This document shows positions 53,818 through 63,764 of a stretch of 64,000 nt of DNA, in pieces. Under the pieces are notes generated by a model. The model saw only the letters and a list, made by a program, of their open reading frames with translations. It had not been told where the DNA came from and made no database searches. The stretch comes from an uncultured Candidatus Saccharibacteria bacterium (GTDB taxonomy: Bacteria > Patescibacteriota > Doudnabacteria > UBA920). The position numbers were made by a program, and so were the translations under genes. How positions within the stretch are numbered: the first letter of the stretch is position 1; each line of letters starts with the position of its first letter. Location of the stretch: the NCBI GenBank assembly GCA_964631145.1, contig CAZVXT010000003.1, forward strand, positions 2,750-66,749. The letters run 5' to 3'.

Positions 53818-54351
53818 ATGTATTTTATTATATTTGAACCAAATGGAACCATTGGCTCCATTTCGACCTATAATTCTTTAGCTGAGCAAATTGGTCAATC
53901 ATTTCCTAATGTTTCAATAATCGAAATTCAAAGTTTTGGAATCTTATGTGATATACCGCAAGAAGCATCTATCCGCGAAATGGAAAATAAGTTTGGAGTT
54001 GAGATAGAAAAAAATATGTCTTATAAAAAACTTAATCAAACCGGAAACAAAAGATACATTATCCAGCCAAAACATCTGAAGACAACTTCAAAGCCTGGTA
54101 GAGCAAGTCTTAATGAGTTAAAAGATTATACTGAACAACTCAAGCATAAGGTTTTAAGTTTTGTTGAAGGTATTGTTGTAATAAATCAACTCAATTTAAC
54201 TCAAAGTCTTTTAGTGGAAATACCTAATTCTATAAATATAGACACTGTAGCTAAAGAACTTGATGTTAAAGTAGAATTATATGTTCCTCAGCCAATTATT
54301 TTAGAAGGCAAAAGCTCTGACTTGGGTCGTTGGTTCCCGGATTTAGTTTAA
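53818..54351 (+). CDS. Hypothetical protein.
   Basis: 177-aa ORF with AGGAGG upstream. Confidence 0.45.
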   Translation: MYFIIFEPNGTIGSISTYNSLAEQIGQSFPNVSIIEIQSFGILCDIPQEASIREMENKFGVEIEKNMSYKKLNQTGNKRYIIQPKHLKTTSKPGRASLNELKDYTEQLKHKVLSFVEGIVVINQLNLTQSLLVEIPNSINIDTVAKELDVKVELYVPQPIILEGKSSDLGRWFPDLV

Positions 54352-54401
54352 GTTTTGATATAATAAACTTACAAACAATTTCAAAAATTTAGGAGGATTT
54401 T

Positions 54402-54830
54402 ATGAATAAATTAGCTGTACTAGCATGCGCTAGTATTTTTGGATTGACATTGATAGTTGGATTTTTGTTCGGACAAGTTTTAGAAGTTTCTCCAGGTCTT
54501 GCATTGGTAAGTAATACAGAAGGAGTATTCTTAACTTACACTACCGAAAGCAATCAAGAAAAAGAAGACGGAACAACTACAACTTGCTGTGATGAAAATG
54601 GAAATAACTATAGCTATAATCCTGGAAATAATTATTCTAGCGTTATAGTTTACAAACAGTTCTTTACAGGAAAAATTCGCAGACTAGTAAGTGTGGAGTC
54701 TTCAGAAATAACTGATAATACTTATTTATCTAGATTTGATGTGTATGAAAACCCAAAAAACTACAACAGTAAATCAGAAAAAGATTTAGTGGATGGTTTG
54801 CTAGCTGATTATAAACGCTTATCTAAGTAG
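54402..54830 (+). CDS. Small secreted hypothetical protein.
   Basis: Signal peptide; AGGAGG ribosome-binding site. Confidence 0.45.
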   Translation: MNKLAVLACASIFGLTLIVGFLFGQVLEVSPGLALVSNTEGVFLTYTTESNQEKEDGTTTTCCDENGNNYSYNPGNNYSSVIVYKQFFTGKIRRLVSVESSEITDNTYLSRFDVYENPKNYNSKSEKDLVDGLLADYKRLSK

Positions 54831-54863
54831 TTCTCAAAGATTATAGAACTGCTATAATTATAA

Positions 54864-54892
54864 GGCTTAAGAAAAACTTAAGCCTTTTTTAA
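54864..54892 (+). terminator. Terminator.
   Basis: ggcttaag-aaaaa-cttaagcc followed by T6. Confidence 0.7.
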
Positions 54893-54902
54893 TATCAATT
54901 TT

Positions 54903-55649
54903 ATGGACACTCAAATTGTAATTTTGGCAGCTGGTAAAGGGACAAGAATGGGTGGGGAAATCCCCAAAGTTTTAATACCTCTAGATGACCGTCCAGTTAT
55001 TTCTTGCTTGCTGGATAATATTAAAGACTTTGCTAAAGGTTCTGAGCCCGTGATTGTAGTTGGTTTTCAGGAAGAGTTGGTTAAAAAGACTTTAGGTGCT
55101 GGATACAATTATGTTACCCAGTTTGATCAGAAAGGTACGGCGCATGCAGTTTTATCTGCGCAGCAATCTGTTACTTCAGAAAATTTTGTTGTTTTGTATG
55201 GCGACATGCCATTTATTTCCTCAGAGTCTTTGATAAAATTAGAACAACTTCATCTTCATAATCAAGCAATGATATCTATGTTTACTTGCAAGGTTCCTAG
55301 CTTTGATTTTCCATATGAACCTTTTTCTGGCTACGGTAGAATTATTAGAAATTCTGATAACGAAATTCAAAAAATAGTTGAGTATAAAGATTGTTCGGAT
55401 ATTGAAAAAACTATATTAGAGGTTAATCCAGGAATTTATATGTTCAAATCAGCGTGGGTGTGGGATCAGTTAAAAAGAATTGGAAGCAGTAACTCACAAG
55501 GTGAGTATTATCTTACGGATATAATTGAACTAGCAATGAAATCCGGAGAACCAATTTTATCACTAGATATTTTGCCGGAAGAAGTTTACGGAATTAATAC
55601 ACCAGATCATTTAGAACATGCAAAAACTATTGTTAATAAAAAACAATAA
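54903..55649 (+). CDS. Sugar-phosphate nucleotidyltransferase (GlmU N-terminal / MobA-like fold).
   Basis: ILAAGKGTRMGG motif. Confidence 0.7.
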   Translation: MDTQIVILAAGKGTRMGGEIPKVLIPLDDRPVISCLLDNIKDFAKGSEPVIVVGFQEELVKKTLGAGYNYVTQFDQKGTAHAVLSAQQSVTSENFVVLYGDMPFISSESLIKLEQLHLHNQAMISMFTCKVPSFDFPYEPFSGYGRIIRNSDNEIQKIVEYKDCSDIEKTILEVNPGIYMFKSAWVWDQLKRIGSSNSQGEYYLTDIIELAMKSGEPILSLDILPEEVYGINTPDHLEHAKTIVNKKQ

Positions 55650-57003
55650 AATTTTTTCTTTAGCTCTAGCATTATTGCTTGGGGTATTAGGTTTTTTATT
55701 GTTTTACCGATTAGGTGGGCATCCATTTTTGGATTGGGATGAGAGTATTTATGCTCAAGTTGTCAAAGAAATGCTTAGCAGCCATCGCTGGTTATCGTTT
55801 AGTTATTTTGGGCAACCATGGTATGAAAAACCTCCTTTAATGTTATGGATTGTTGCTATATTTGTAAAATTATTTGGTAACTCTGAATTTATATATAGGC
55901 TTCCTGTATCAATATTCGCTTATTTAACTGTTTTATTATCTGCCTATTTTACTTGGCTACTAAGTAGGTCTAGGCAAGCCGTTTTATTATGCCTAGCATT
56001 TTTTTGTATTTCCTTGCCGTTTTTAAGTGCTAGCTATTTTTTGCAGTTTGATAGTTTGGTGGCGCTATTGATATTATTACAAATGATTTTATTTTATAAA
56101 ACATTTGAAAATAAAAATTATTGGCTTTGGTTGGGACTGGTTTTGGCATTATCAGTGTTAACTAAAAATATAGTCGGACTATTTTTATTGCCAGCTTTCG
56201 GCTTAATTTTGCTATTTAAAAAGCAACTAGTGCTTACTTTTAAAGAGAAGTATTTTTGGGTAGCGGTGCTGACGTTTTTTATTATTGCTTCTCCTTGGCA
56301 TATATATAGTACATACATCGCTGGTACTAGCTTTTGGCAAAACTATTTTATTTATCACGTTTTAGATAGGGCGACTACAAATTTGGAACATAATGGGCAG
56401 CCTTTTACAACATTTATTAGAATGATATTTATATATTATCCTATAAGTAGTTTTATTTTTGGGCTAGGGTTTGTGACATCAATTATCCAAGGAGTTAAGA
56501 ACAGGGATTGGTATTTTGCCATCATGCCATTTATAGTTTTATTGCTGTTATTTAGCGCTTCTAATACAAAATTACCAGCATATATTACTCCTGCTATCCC
56601 GTTTTTGGTAATTTCTGTTGCATGTAGCTGGACAAAATTAATAGAATATGTACCAAAATATATGCACACAGCAATTATTGTGGTATTAATTTTCATTTGC
56701 GTATATTTAGGATTGAATTATAATGCATTCAAAATATCAAAAGCAGAAAATTCTATTAGAGATTTAGATACTAAGAAAGTAGGTTTATTTTTAAAAAACT
56801 ATCACACAGACTTTGATATTTATGACACCAGATTAGAATATAAAAATTTGGCAATAGGTTATTACTCTGATCGTAAAGTTTCTAATCTAACTTTATCTAT
56901 TGATCAAAAAAATGAAATAAAAAAAATAGGAGCACGTGTGTTCCATATATCTAGTTTAGAAGTGTGGGCTTCAGAAAAAAGCTTGTATATTATTTCTCAA
57001 TAA
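55618..57003 (+). CDS. GT39/GT83 (PMT/ArnT-like) membrane glycosyltransferase.
   Basis: DWDESIYAQV ... YFGQPWYEKPPL; more than 10 TM helices. Confidence 0.7.
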   Translation: MQKLLLIKNNKIFSLALALLLGVLGFLLFYRLGGHPFLDWDESIYAQVVKEMLSSHRWLSFSYFGQPWYEKPPLMLWIVAIFVKLFGNSEFIYRLPVSIFAYLTVLLSAYFTWLLSRSRQAVLLCLAFFCISLPFLSASYFLQFDSLVALLILLQMILFYKTFENKNYWLWLGLVLALSVLTKNIVGLFLLPAFGLILLFKKQLVLTFKEKYFWVAVLTFFIIASPWHIYSTYIAGTSFWQNYFIYHVLDRATTNLEHNGQPFTTFIRMIFIYYPISSFIFGLGFVTSIIQGVKNRDWYFAIMPFIVLLLLFSASNTKLPAYITPAIPFLVISVACSWTKLIEYVPKYMHTAIIVVLIFICVYLGLNYNAFKISKAENSIRDLDTKKVGLFLKNYHTDFDIYDTRLEYKNLAIGYYSDRKVSNLTLSIDQKNEIKKIGARVFHISSLEVWASEKSLYIISQ

Positions 57004-57006
57004 TTT

Positions 57007-58266
57007 ATGAAAATAATTTTAGACCTACATATCCATTCCAAATATTCTCGTGCGTGTAGTAAAGATTTGGAACCAAAAAATTTGGAAATCTGGGCAAAAA
57101 TAAAAGGCATTTCAGTATTGTCTACTGGAGATTTTACGCATCCGGGTTGGCTTAAAATGTTAGAAGAAAATTTAGAAGAAGCAGAATTTGGCTTATTTAA
57201 GATCAAAAACTCTTCTACAAATATTAGGTTTTTATTAGGTGCTGAACTTGCTTCTATATACAAACAAGGAGACAAGGTGTGCAGGGTTCATAACTTAGTG
57301 TTTGCCCCTAGCTTTGTGATAGCGAAAAAATTTATTAAGAAGTTAGAAGATCGCGGAGTTAATTTAAAGTCTGATGGTAGACCGATTATGGGTGTACCAT
57401 GCGATGAGTTATTAAAAATTTGCAAAGATTCTGATGCTTCGATGCAGCTAATTCCTGCACATGCATGGACACCTCATTTTGGAGTTTTCGGCTCTCTATC
57501 AGGATTTGATAATTTAGAAGAAGCCTTTGGGAATTTGTCTTCAGAAATTAAAGCTATAGAGACAGGGTTATCTAGTGATCCTTTAATGAATTGGCAGATT
57601 CCATTTTTGGATAACATTGCTTTAGTTTCTAATTCCGATGCTCATAGCCTTCGAAAGTTAGGACGTGAGGCAAATGTTTTAGAAATCGCAGAGATGTCAT
57701 ATAAAAATATTTTTGATGCAATATATTCTCAAGATAAAAATAAATTTTTATACACGATAGAATTTTTCCCTGAGGAAGGTAAATATCATTTGGATGGGCA
57801 TCGAGATTGTCAATTTTCTTGTACCCCGGATAAAACTAGAAAATTGGGAGGGTTGTGTCCTGTGTGCGGCAAGAAGCTTCTACGCGGTGTAATGTCTAGG
57901 GTGGCTGATTTAGGCTCTCGTGATCTTGGGTTTGTACCTGCTAATGCTATACCATTTAAGTCTATTGTACCTCTTGAAGAAGTTATAGCAGATACTTATG
58001 GGGTTGGTGTCACAAGCAAAAAAGTTGCTGCTGCGTATAATACTTTAACTAAACGGCATTCAGAGTTTGAGATTTTATTAGATTTACCAGAAGAAGAACT
58101 GGTTAAAATTACAGAGCAGAATATTGCTCAAAGCATATTGCGAGTTAGGGAAGGTAAAGTTGTGCTGAAAGGTGGGTATGATGGAGAGTTTGGTAAAATT
58201 CAGATTTATTCTGCTGAAGAAAGGTCTAGTATGAATCTAAAACCCAAACAGCAAAGCTTATTTTGA
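57007..58266 (+). CDS. PHP-domain protein resembling endonuclease Q.
   Basis: N-terminal DLHIHSKYSRACS (PHP), C-terminal Cys4 (C ... C ... CPVCGKK); about 420 aa. Confidence 0.5.
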   Translation: MKIILDLHIHSKYSRACSKDLEPKNLEIWAKIKGISVLSTGDFTHPGWLKMLEENLEEAEFGLFKIKNSSTNIRFLLGAELASIYKQGDKVCRVHNLVFAPSFVIAKKFIKKLEDRGVNLKSDGRPIMGVPCDELLKICKDSDASMQLIPAHAWTPHFGVFGSLSGFDNLEEAFGNLSSEIKAIETGLSSDPLMNWQIPFLDNIALVSNSDAHSLRKLGREANVLEIAEMSYKNIFDAIYSQDKNKFLYTIEFFPEEGKYHLDGHRDCQFSCTPDKTRKLGGLCPVCGKKLLRGVMSRVADLGSRDLGFVPANAIPFKSIVPLEEVIADTYGVGVTSKKVAAAYNTLTKRHSEFEILLDLPEEELVKITEQNIAQSILRVREGKVVLKGGYDGEFGKIQIYSAEERSSMNLKPKQQSLF

Positions 58267-58322
58267 TTAGTTGATTTTTACTTTAGATTTTGATATAATA
58301 AGAAAAATTTAGGGGGTATAAG

Positions 58323-58529
58323 ATGAAATTTCATTTAATTTTGATTGGACTTGTGCCGGATGCTAGACCAATTAAAAACGCAAATAACTTAAGTGAAGCA
58401 ATTGTCGAAGGTCGGAAGCAGGCACAAAAAGCTCAGAGCAATAATCCAGTATATTCATCCTTTATTGTTGTGGCAGAACAATATCAAGAATCTTTAGGTG
58501 AACCATCTTTATTAGATGATGATAAATAA
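58323..58529 (+). CDS. Small hypothetical protein.
   Basis: 68 aa; GGGG-type ribosome-binding site. Confidence 0.35.
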   Translation: MKFHLILIGLVPDARPIKNANNLSEAIVEGRKQAQKAQSNNPVYSSFIVVAEQYQESLGEPSLLDDDK

Positions 58530-58536
58530 TATTTTT

Positions 58537-58572
58537 AGGCGAAACAATATAGTTTCGTCTATTTTTTATTTT
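58537..58572 (+). terminator. Terminator.
   Basis: ggcgaaac-aatatag-tttcgtc followed by a T-run. Confidence 0.6.
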
Positions 58573-58617
58573 TTGCTATAATTTATAGGTATTTTAAAGA
58601 AAGTAAGAAATTTTTAA

Positions 58618-60021
58618 ATGAAACGAACAAAAATTGTATGCACTATTGGACCGGCATCAGAGAGTCCAAAAATTTTAGAGCAACTTATAAAGAGTGGAAT
58701 GAATGTGGCGAGATTAAATTTTTCCCACGGCACTTATGATAACCATTTGCAGTTAATGAAAAATATTCGTGAAGTATCCGCCAAGTTAAAAACACCTGTA
58801 GCAATACTTCAAGATTTGCAAGGTCCAAAAATTAGAATCGGAAGTTTAGAAAAACCTTTTCCAATCAAAAAAGGTCAGACCGTGGTTTTGGGAAAAGAGG
58901 TTCCTCTTGATTATGATATTAGTAGTTCTGTGAAGCCAAGAGAGAGGATTTTAATTGAGGACGGAATTTTAGAATTAGTGGTAAAGTCAGTAAGTGGTAA
59001 AGAAATTACTTGTACAGTAGTTACTACTGGAGAAATCCGTTCTCATAAAGGTGTAAACTTGCCAGATAGTACAATAACTTTTCCAATTTTTACAAAGAAA
59101 GATATTAATGACTTAAAATTTGGATTGGAAAATGATGTAGATTTTGTTGCTCTTTCTTTTGTAAGAAATAAAAAAGACATCGATCAAATTAATAAATATA
59201 TAGACAAGTTTTTGCCAAAAGATAAAATGCGTCCCTTGGTTGTTGCTAAGATTGAGCTTGCAGAAGCGGTAGAAAAATTTGATGAAATTTTGGCAGTGAC
59301 CGATGCAGTTATGGTGGCTAGAGGCGATTTGGGTGTAGAAGTTGATGATTCACAAGTTCCGTTAATTCAGAAGTCTATAATTGCAAAATGCAATGCAGTG
59401 GCTAAGCAGGTAATTGTAGCTACTCAAATGTTAGATTCTATGATCCGTAACCCTCGCCCGACTAGAGCAGAAGTTTCGGATGTGGCTAATGCTGTTATTG
59501 ACCAAGCTGATGCTGTGATGTTGTCAGGTGAGAGCGCTTTTGGAAGCTTCCCTGTAGAAGCAGTTAGTGAAATGTCGCGTATTATTCAAGCAACAGAAAA
59601 TTCTCCATATGATGATGTGATGCGCGGTCCGTTTGATGGCGATAATATGGATGACTATAAAGCTTCATTAATAGCCGGCGCAGTCGAACAATTAGCGCTA
59701 GGTGTAGAAGCAGAAGCTATTATTGGAACTAGCGAAAGCGGTTATACTGCAAGATTTATCTCTCGCGAACGTCCTGTGGCACCAATTATTTTGATGACAG
59801 ATCGAGCAAAAGTATACAGGCAAATGTGTTTGGTTTGGGGTGTTACTCCTTTGTTCGTAGATAGTTTAAAAGCTCTAAAAAATGTTGAAGGTCTATTAAA
59901 CCATTTTGTTTCTGAAGCTAAAAAACTTAAGTTAATTAATAAAGGTCAAAAAGCTGTTTTGGTTGCAGGTAGTCCTTTAGGTGAGCGTATGAATTTGGTG
60001 CAAGCTATTACGGTAAAATAA
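58618..60021 (+). CDS. pyk: Pyruvate kinase.
   Basis: MKRTKIVCTIGPAS ... NVARLNFSHG ... MVARGDLG. Confidence 0.92.
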   Translation: MKRTKIVCTIGPASESPKILEQLIKSGMNVARLNFSHGTYDNHLQLMKNIREVSAKLKTPVAILQDLQGPKIRIGSLEKPFPIKKGQTVVLGKEVPLDYDISSSVKPRERILIEDGILELVVKSVSGKEITCTVVTTGEIRSHKGVNLPDSTITFPIFTKKDINDLKFGLENDVDFVALSFVRNKKDIDQINKYIDKFLPKDKMRPLVVAKIELAEAVEKFDEILAVTDAVMVARGDLGVEVDDSQVPLIQKSIIAKCNAVAKQVIVATQMLDSMIRNPRPTRAEVSDVANAVIDQADAVMLSGESAFGSFPVEAVSEMSRIIQATENSPYDDVMRGPFDGDNMDDYKASLIAGAVEQLALGVEAEAIIGTSESGYTARFISRERPVAPIILMTDRAKVYRQMCLVWGVTPLFVDSLKALKNVEGLLNHFVSEAKKLKLINKGQKAVLVAGSPLGERMNLVQAITVK

Positions 60022-60053
60022 AAATTAATCGAAGCCATTTTATTAGATAAAAT

Positions 60054-60092
60054 AAAAAACGCGGATAAAATTTTCCGCGTTTTGGTTTTTTA
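60054..60092. terminator. Bidirectional terminator.
   Basis: aaacgcgga-taaaattt-tccgcgttt followed by a T-run. Confidence 0.7.
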
Positions 60093-60563
60093 ATTACTTG
60101 CTGCAATATTCAAACCAATTTGTTTTGCTTGCTCTGTGGTAATTACTCTTATTCCCTGATCTGTTAAGATGTTTCTTAATAAGTTTCTTTCATTTTTTAA
60201 GCGATCTATTAAATTATTATCTCTTATTTTTAAGTCTTGAGATTTTAAATTTTGAAATTTTTCCCATTCAAAAAAATCATATAAAACAGATGAGCTAAAT
60301 GAGTCACTCGAACTTATTAATACTTGTTTTGAAGTTTTAACATGTGTTAATCTGTAGCGAAAAGCTCCGCCACCAACTTTATTTATTATAAAGATGTCTC
60401 CGGTATGGTATTTTGACAACGGATTAACAGAGTCTTTTCCCCAATCCGCACCACCTAATGCTATCATTTGTTTTGGCTGACCTTTGTCATAAATTGGATT
60501 GATTCCAATATCTTCACCACTAATTAATCTATAACTAATATTAAAATACATAATTTCCTCCAA
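60090..60563 (-). CDS. Hypothetical protein.
   Basis: 157-aa ORF; GGAGG ribosome-binding site. Confidence 0.4.
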   Translation of the reverse strand: MEEIMYFNISYRLISGEDIGINPIYDKGQPKQMIALGGADWGKDSVNPLSKYHTGDIFIINKVGGGAFRYRLTHVKTSKQVLISSSDSFSSSVLYDFFEWEKFQNLKSQDLKIRDNNLIDRLKNERNLLRNILTDQGIRVITTEQAKQIGLNIAASN

Positions 60564-60640
60564 ACTTAATTTTTATTCCCTAACATAAATAGAAAATAAT
60601 TGTATTAATTTTATCATATATCATAGTATTTGTCAATCAA

Positions 60641-60668
60641 TAAAACCGCTTATATAAGCGGTTTTATT
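60641..60668 (-). terminator. Terminator for the gene 60687..61100.
   Basis: aaaccgctt-atat-aagcggttt. Confidence 0.6.
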
Positions 60669-60686
60669 GTATAAAATGAGTATGGG

Positions 60687-61100
60687 TTATTTACGACGTT
60701 TTATATTTACTAAGATTAATCCTGTGATAATACCTCCGCTCATACCCATGGTGAGATCTTTCATTGTGTCATAAACACTTGGTTGCATATGGCTTCCTAA
60801 AAAGAAGTCTCCTGCGTATTCTGCTAGTTCCCACATTACAGCAGCTAAACATACAAAAGCAAGAATGATTAAAATTTCTATGGCTCTGGATTTGGTAATA
60901 ATGTGTTTTTGGTCTATGTGTTCTAGAAAAAAATAACTAGATATTGCAATAGCGCATCCACCCAAAAAATGCATAGGTGTATCAAACCATCTCCATACAC
61001 TGTATATGCCAATTGTGGTTACAAAAACATGAAAAGAAAATACTAACAGAGGAGCAAAGCCCATGGCAAAGTAAGATTTTAGATCTTTTTTGATTTGCAT
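60687..61100 (-). CDS. Small membrane protein.
   Basis: Four hydrophobic helices. Confidence 0.45.
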   Translation of the reverse strand: MQIKKDLKSYFAMGFAPLLVFSFHVFVTTIGIYSVWRWFDTPMHFLGGCAIAISSYFFLEHIDQKHIITKSRAIEILIILAFVCLAAVMWELAEYAGDFFLGSHMQPSVYDTMKDLTMGMSGGIITGLILVNIKRRK

Positions 61101-61119
61101 TATTTGTTAATAAAATAAT

Positions 61120-61428
61120 TTATTTTTCTTCTTCTGATTGTTCGTCTTTTTCGCTCTCTTCCACAGCTTGTTCGGTGTTAGCGATTTTGCTTTCATCGGC
61201 ATGAGCAGTTAAATGTTGAGATTTAACTTCGGTGTTGAAGATGTCGATAAATTCTTGATTAGCTTTATCGTCTATAAAGTGTTCTGCTAGCTTTTTTGGA
61301 TCTAATCCTGCAGTGCGTGCAACGGCAGTAACAAGTCTAGATAATGTTGCATTGCTTTGATTTTGTTCGTACATCAAACTTTCAAGAATTTGACGCTTGC
61401 TTAAGTTGTTTAGTTGAGATTTTGCCAT
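61120..61428 (-). CDS. Small protein with an acidic C-terminal tail.
   Basis: 102 aa ending ...EESEKDEQSEEEK. Confidence 0.4.
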   Translation of the reverse strand: MAKSQLNNLSKRQILESLMYEQNQSNATLSRLVTAVARTAGLDPKKLAEHFIDDKANQEFIDIFNTEVKSQHLTAHADESKIANTEQAVEESEKDEQSEEEK

Positions 61429-61476
61429 AATATCCTTTCTATGATTATGAGTTGTCTTGTTAAATATTGATTAAGT

Positions 61477-61498
61477 TAATGGCGGAGAAGGTGGGATT
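61477..61498 (-). repeat. Partial duplicate of the tRNA-Ser 3' end (21 of 22 nt match); att-like remnant.
   Basis: tggcggagaaggTgggattc here versus tggcggagaaggGgggattc at 61677. Confidence 0.55.
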
Positions 61499-61676
61499 CT
61501 CCTCCCTCACGCTAGTCTCCTCAACACATTCGTTTATTTTACTCATTGTGTTTCGTCGACTTACGCTACGGTAGGCTCTGACGCTTTCAACTTGCCACTG
61601 GCAACTTGAAAGCTATTTTCTCATCCCACATTTATCACCAATAATTTTCATACCACTAATGTGGTATAAAAATTAC

Positions 61677-61764
61677 TGGCGGAGAAGGGGGGATTCGAAC
61701 CCCCGAACCCTTGCGAGTTACTCGCTTTCCAAGCGAGCGCACTAGACCACTATGCGACCTCTCC
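61677..61764 (-). tRNA. tRNA-Ser(GGA) with a long variable arm and encoded CCA.
   Basis: Anticodon stem ctcgc/gcgag with loop TTGGAAA; T-arm ggggg-TTCGAAT-ccccc. Confidence 0.85.
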
Positions 61765-61862
61765 ATAAATATAAATCTTCATAATTCTAGCATCTTTTAG
61801 ACTATTTGTCGAGGTCGTCTTGGTTTGCTTCAAATCCAATTTCTTGGTTAAATGAATATAGA

Positions 61863-63650
61863 ATGGCAGAAACAGATCTACAAATTATTAAGGATAAACT
61901 AGATATTATTGATGTAATTTCTGGCTATATTCCAGTCAAAAAAAGCGGCACAAACTACAAAGCAGTGTGCCCTTTTCATAATGAAAAGTCTGCAAGTTTG
62001 ATGGTTTCTCAAGCGAAGCAAATTTGGCACTGTTTTGGTTGCGGTCTTGGAGGAGATATTTTTGGATTTGTTATGCGTTATGAAAATCTAGAATTTATTG
62101 ACGCACTCAAGGAGCTTGCTGATCGTGCAGGGGTGGAGCTAAGCAGACAACCTTCTGGTAGTACAGATGCTCAAAAGCAATTGGTTGCTCAGCTGTCTAG
62201 GATTAATAATTTTGCCGCTAGCTTTTATGAAAAGCAACTTTCTGCTCCTAATGGCAAGCCTGCATTAGAATATTTGCATTCACGCGGTCTTAATCCGGGC
62301 ACTATTGCTAAATGGCGAATAGGTTTTGCACCAAATAGTTATGACCAATTACTAAAAGCACTATCTACTAAAAAAGTTTCTGAAGGCTTAGGTTTGCAAG
62401 CCGGGATTTTGTATAAATCTGAAAAAGGAAAAGTATTTGATCGCTTCCGCGGTAGAGTAATGTTTCCAATTTATGATATTAATAGTTCTGTGGTAGGGTT
62501 TACTGCACGTGTTTTGCCTGGATCCGATAGCAATACTGCAAAATATATTAATACTCCAGAAACGGCTTTGTATAACAAAAGCAAAATAATGTTTGGTTTG
62601 AATTTTGCTAAAGATCAGATTAGAAAAAAGAATCAGGTTGTAGTTGTAGAAGGGCAGATGGATTGTATTTCATCACACCAGTCTGGTTTTGACACAACAG
62701 TTGCTACAAGTGGAACTGCTTTAACTATGCAACAACTAAAGCTTTTAAAAAGATTTACTAATCAAATTATTTTTGCATTTGACGGAGATGAAGCAGGGCA
62801 AAATGCATTATATAGAGCAGTGCTTTTGGCAGTACCTTTGGATTTTGATATTCGAGTGATTAGTAGTAAAAATTACGGAGCAGCAAAAGATCCAGATGAA
62901 GTAATCAAAAAATCACCTGCTACATGGCAAAAATTAATTGATGGAGCTTTAAGAGTTTTAGATTATTATTTGCAATTAGCCCAGGATAATTTTGCCTTGG
63001 GAAGCATAGAACAAAAGCGTTATATTACAGATTATATATTGCCAATTATTAGATTGATAAAGGATCCTTTGCAAGCTGATCATTATACGCAAAAAATTAA
63101 TCAAGACTTTTCTATTAGCATTACTGCTTTAAATACTGCTCTTAAGCAGGAGAGTGATCAATCTTACAAAACTTTGTCTAGGGCAGAAGACTCTCTTGTA
63201 GTTTCTGATAAATCTAGTACTGAACATGTTTGGGAAAAGGAGATTATCGGGGGACTTTTGGTAATTCCGGACTTTAAAAACTTAGTAATGAGCGAGGGTT
63301 TGTCGACAGATTATTTTAGCGACGATGCTAAACCATTATTTTTGAGCATTACCGCCAATTTAGGTGGTCAAAATATTCAGAATTCTGTATTTGCAGGCGA
63401 GGCAACTTTTGTGGTAGAATCTTTATTAGAAAACCTAAACAACAATCAACTGGCGTTAATGCGCGAGTTAAAAAAGAGCTTTTATTTATTTAAGCGAGCT
63501 GGTCTTAATAAAGAATTGACCGCAATAACTATCGCTTTAAAACAAGCTGAACTCAACAAAAATTTAGAAGCTATAAAAGAGCTGGGCGTTGCTTTTAATA
63601 CCAAAAGCACAGAACGCTTTCAACTAGAAAACAAGCTCAACGCGGCTTAG
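61863..63650 (+). CDS. dnaG: DNA primase.
   Basis: Zinc ribbon CPFHNEKSASLMVS ... CFGCG; Toprim EGQMDCIS. Start trimmed to MAETDLQ. Confidence 0.9.
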   Translation: MAETDLQIIKDKLDIIDVISGYIPVKKSGTNYKAVCPFHNEKSASLMVSQAKQIWHCFGCGLGGDIFGFVMRYENLEFIDALKELADRAGVELSRQPSGSTDAQKQLVAQLSRINNFAASFYEKQLSAPNGKPALEYLHSRGLNPGTIAKWRIGFAPNSYDQLLKALSTKKVSEGLGLQAGILYKSEKGKVFDRFRGRVMFPIYDINSSVVGFTARVLPGSDSNTAKYINTPETALYNKSKIMFGLNFAKDQIRKKNQVVVVEGQMDCISSHQSGFDTTVATSGTALTMQQLKLLKRFTNQIIFAFDGDEAGQNALYRAVLLAVPLDFDIRVISSKNYGAAKDPDEVIKKSPATWQKLIDGALRVLDYYLQLAQDNFALGSIEQKRYITDYILPIIRLIKDPLQADHYTQKINQDFSISITALNTALKQESDQSYKTLSRAEDSLVVSDKSSTEHVWEKEIIGGLLVIPDFKNLVMSEGLSTDYFSDDAKPLFLSITANLGGQNIQNSVFAGEATFVVESLLENLNNNQLALMRELKKSFYLFKRAGLNKELTAITIALKQAELNKNLEAIKELGVAFNTKSTERFQLENKLNAA

Positions 63651-63764
63651 AAACAGAAATAAAATTGCAATTAAATAGTATAAACAATAGCAGAGAAGAA
63701 ATTCTCTTGCCTTTTACTGTTTAATTAAAAATATTGCTTTGTGTTATTAATTATTATTTTATAA

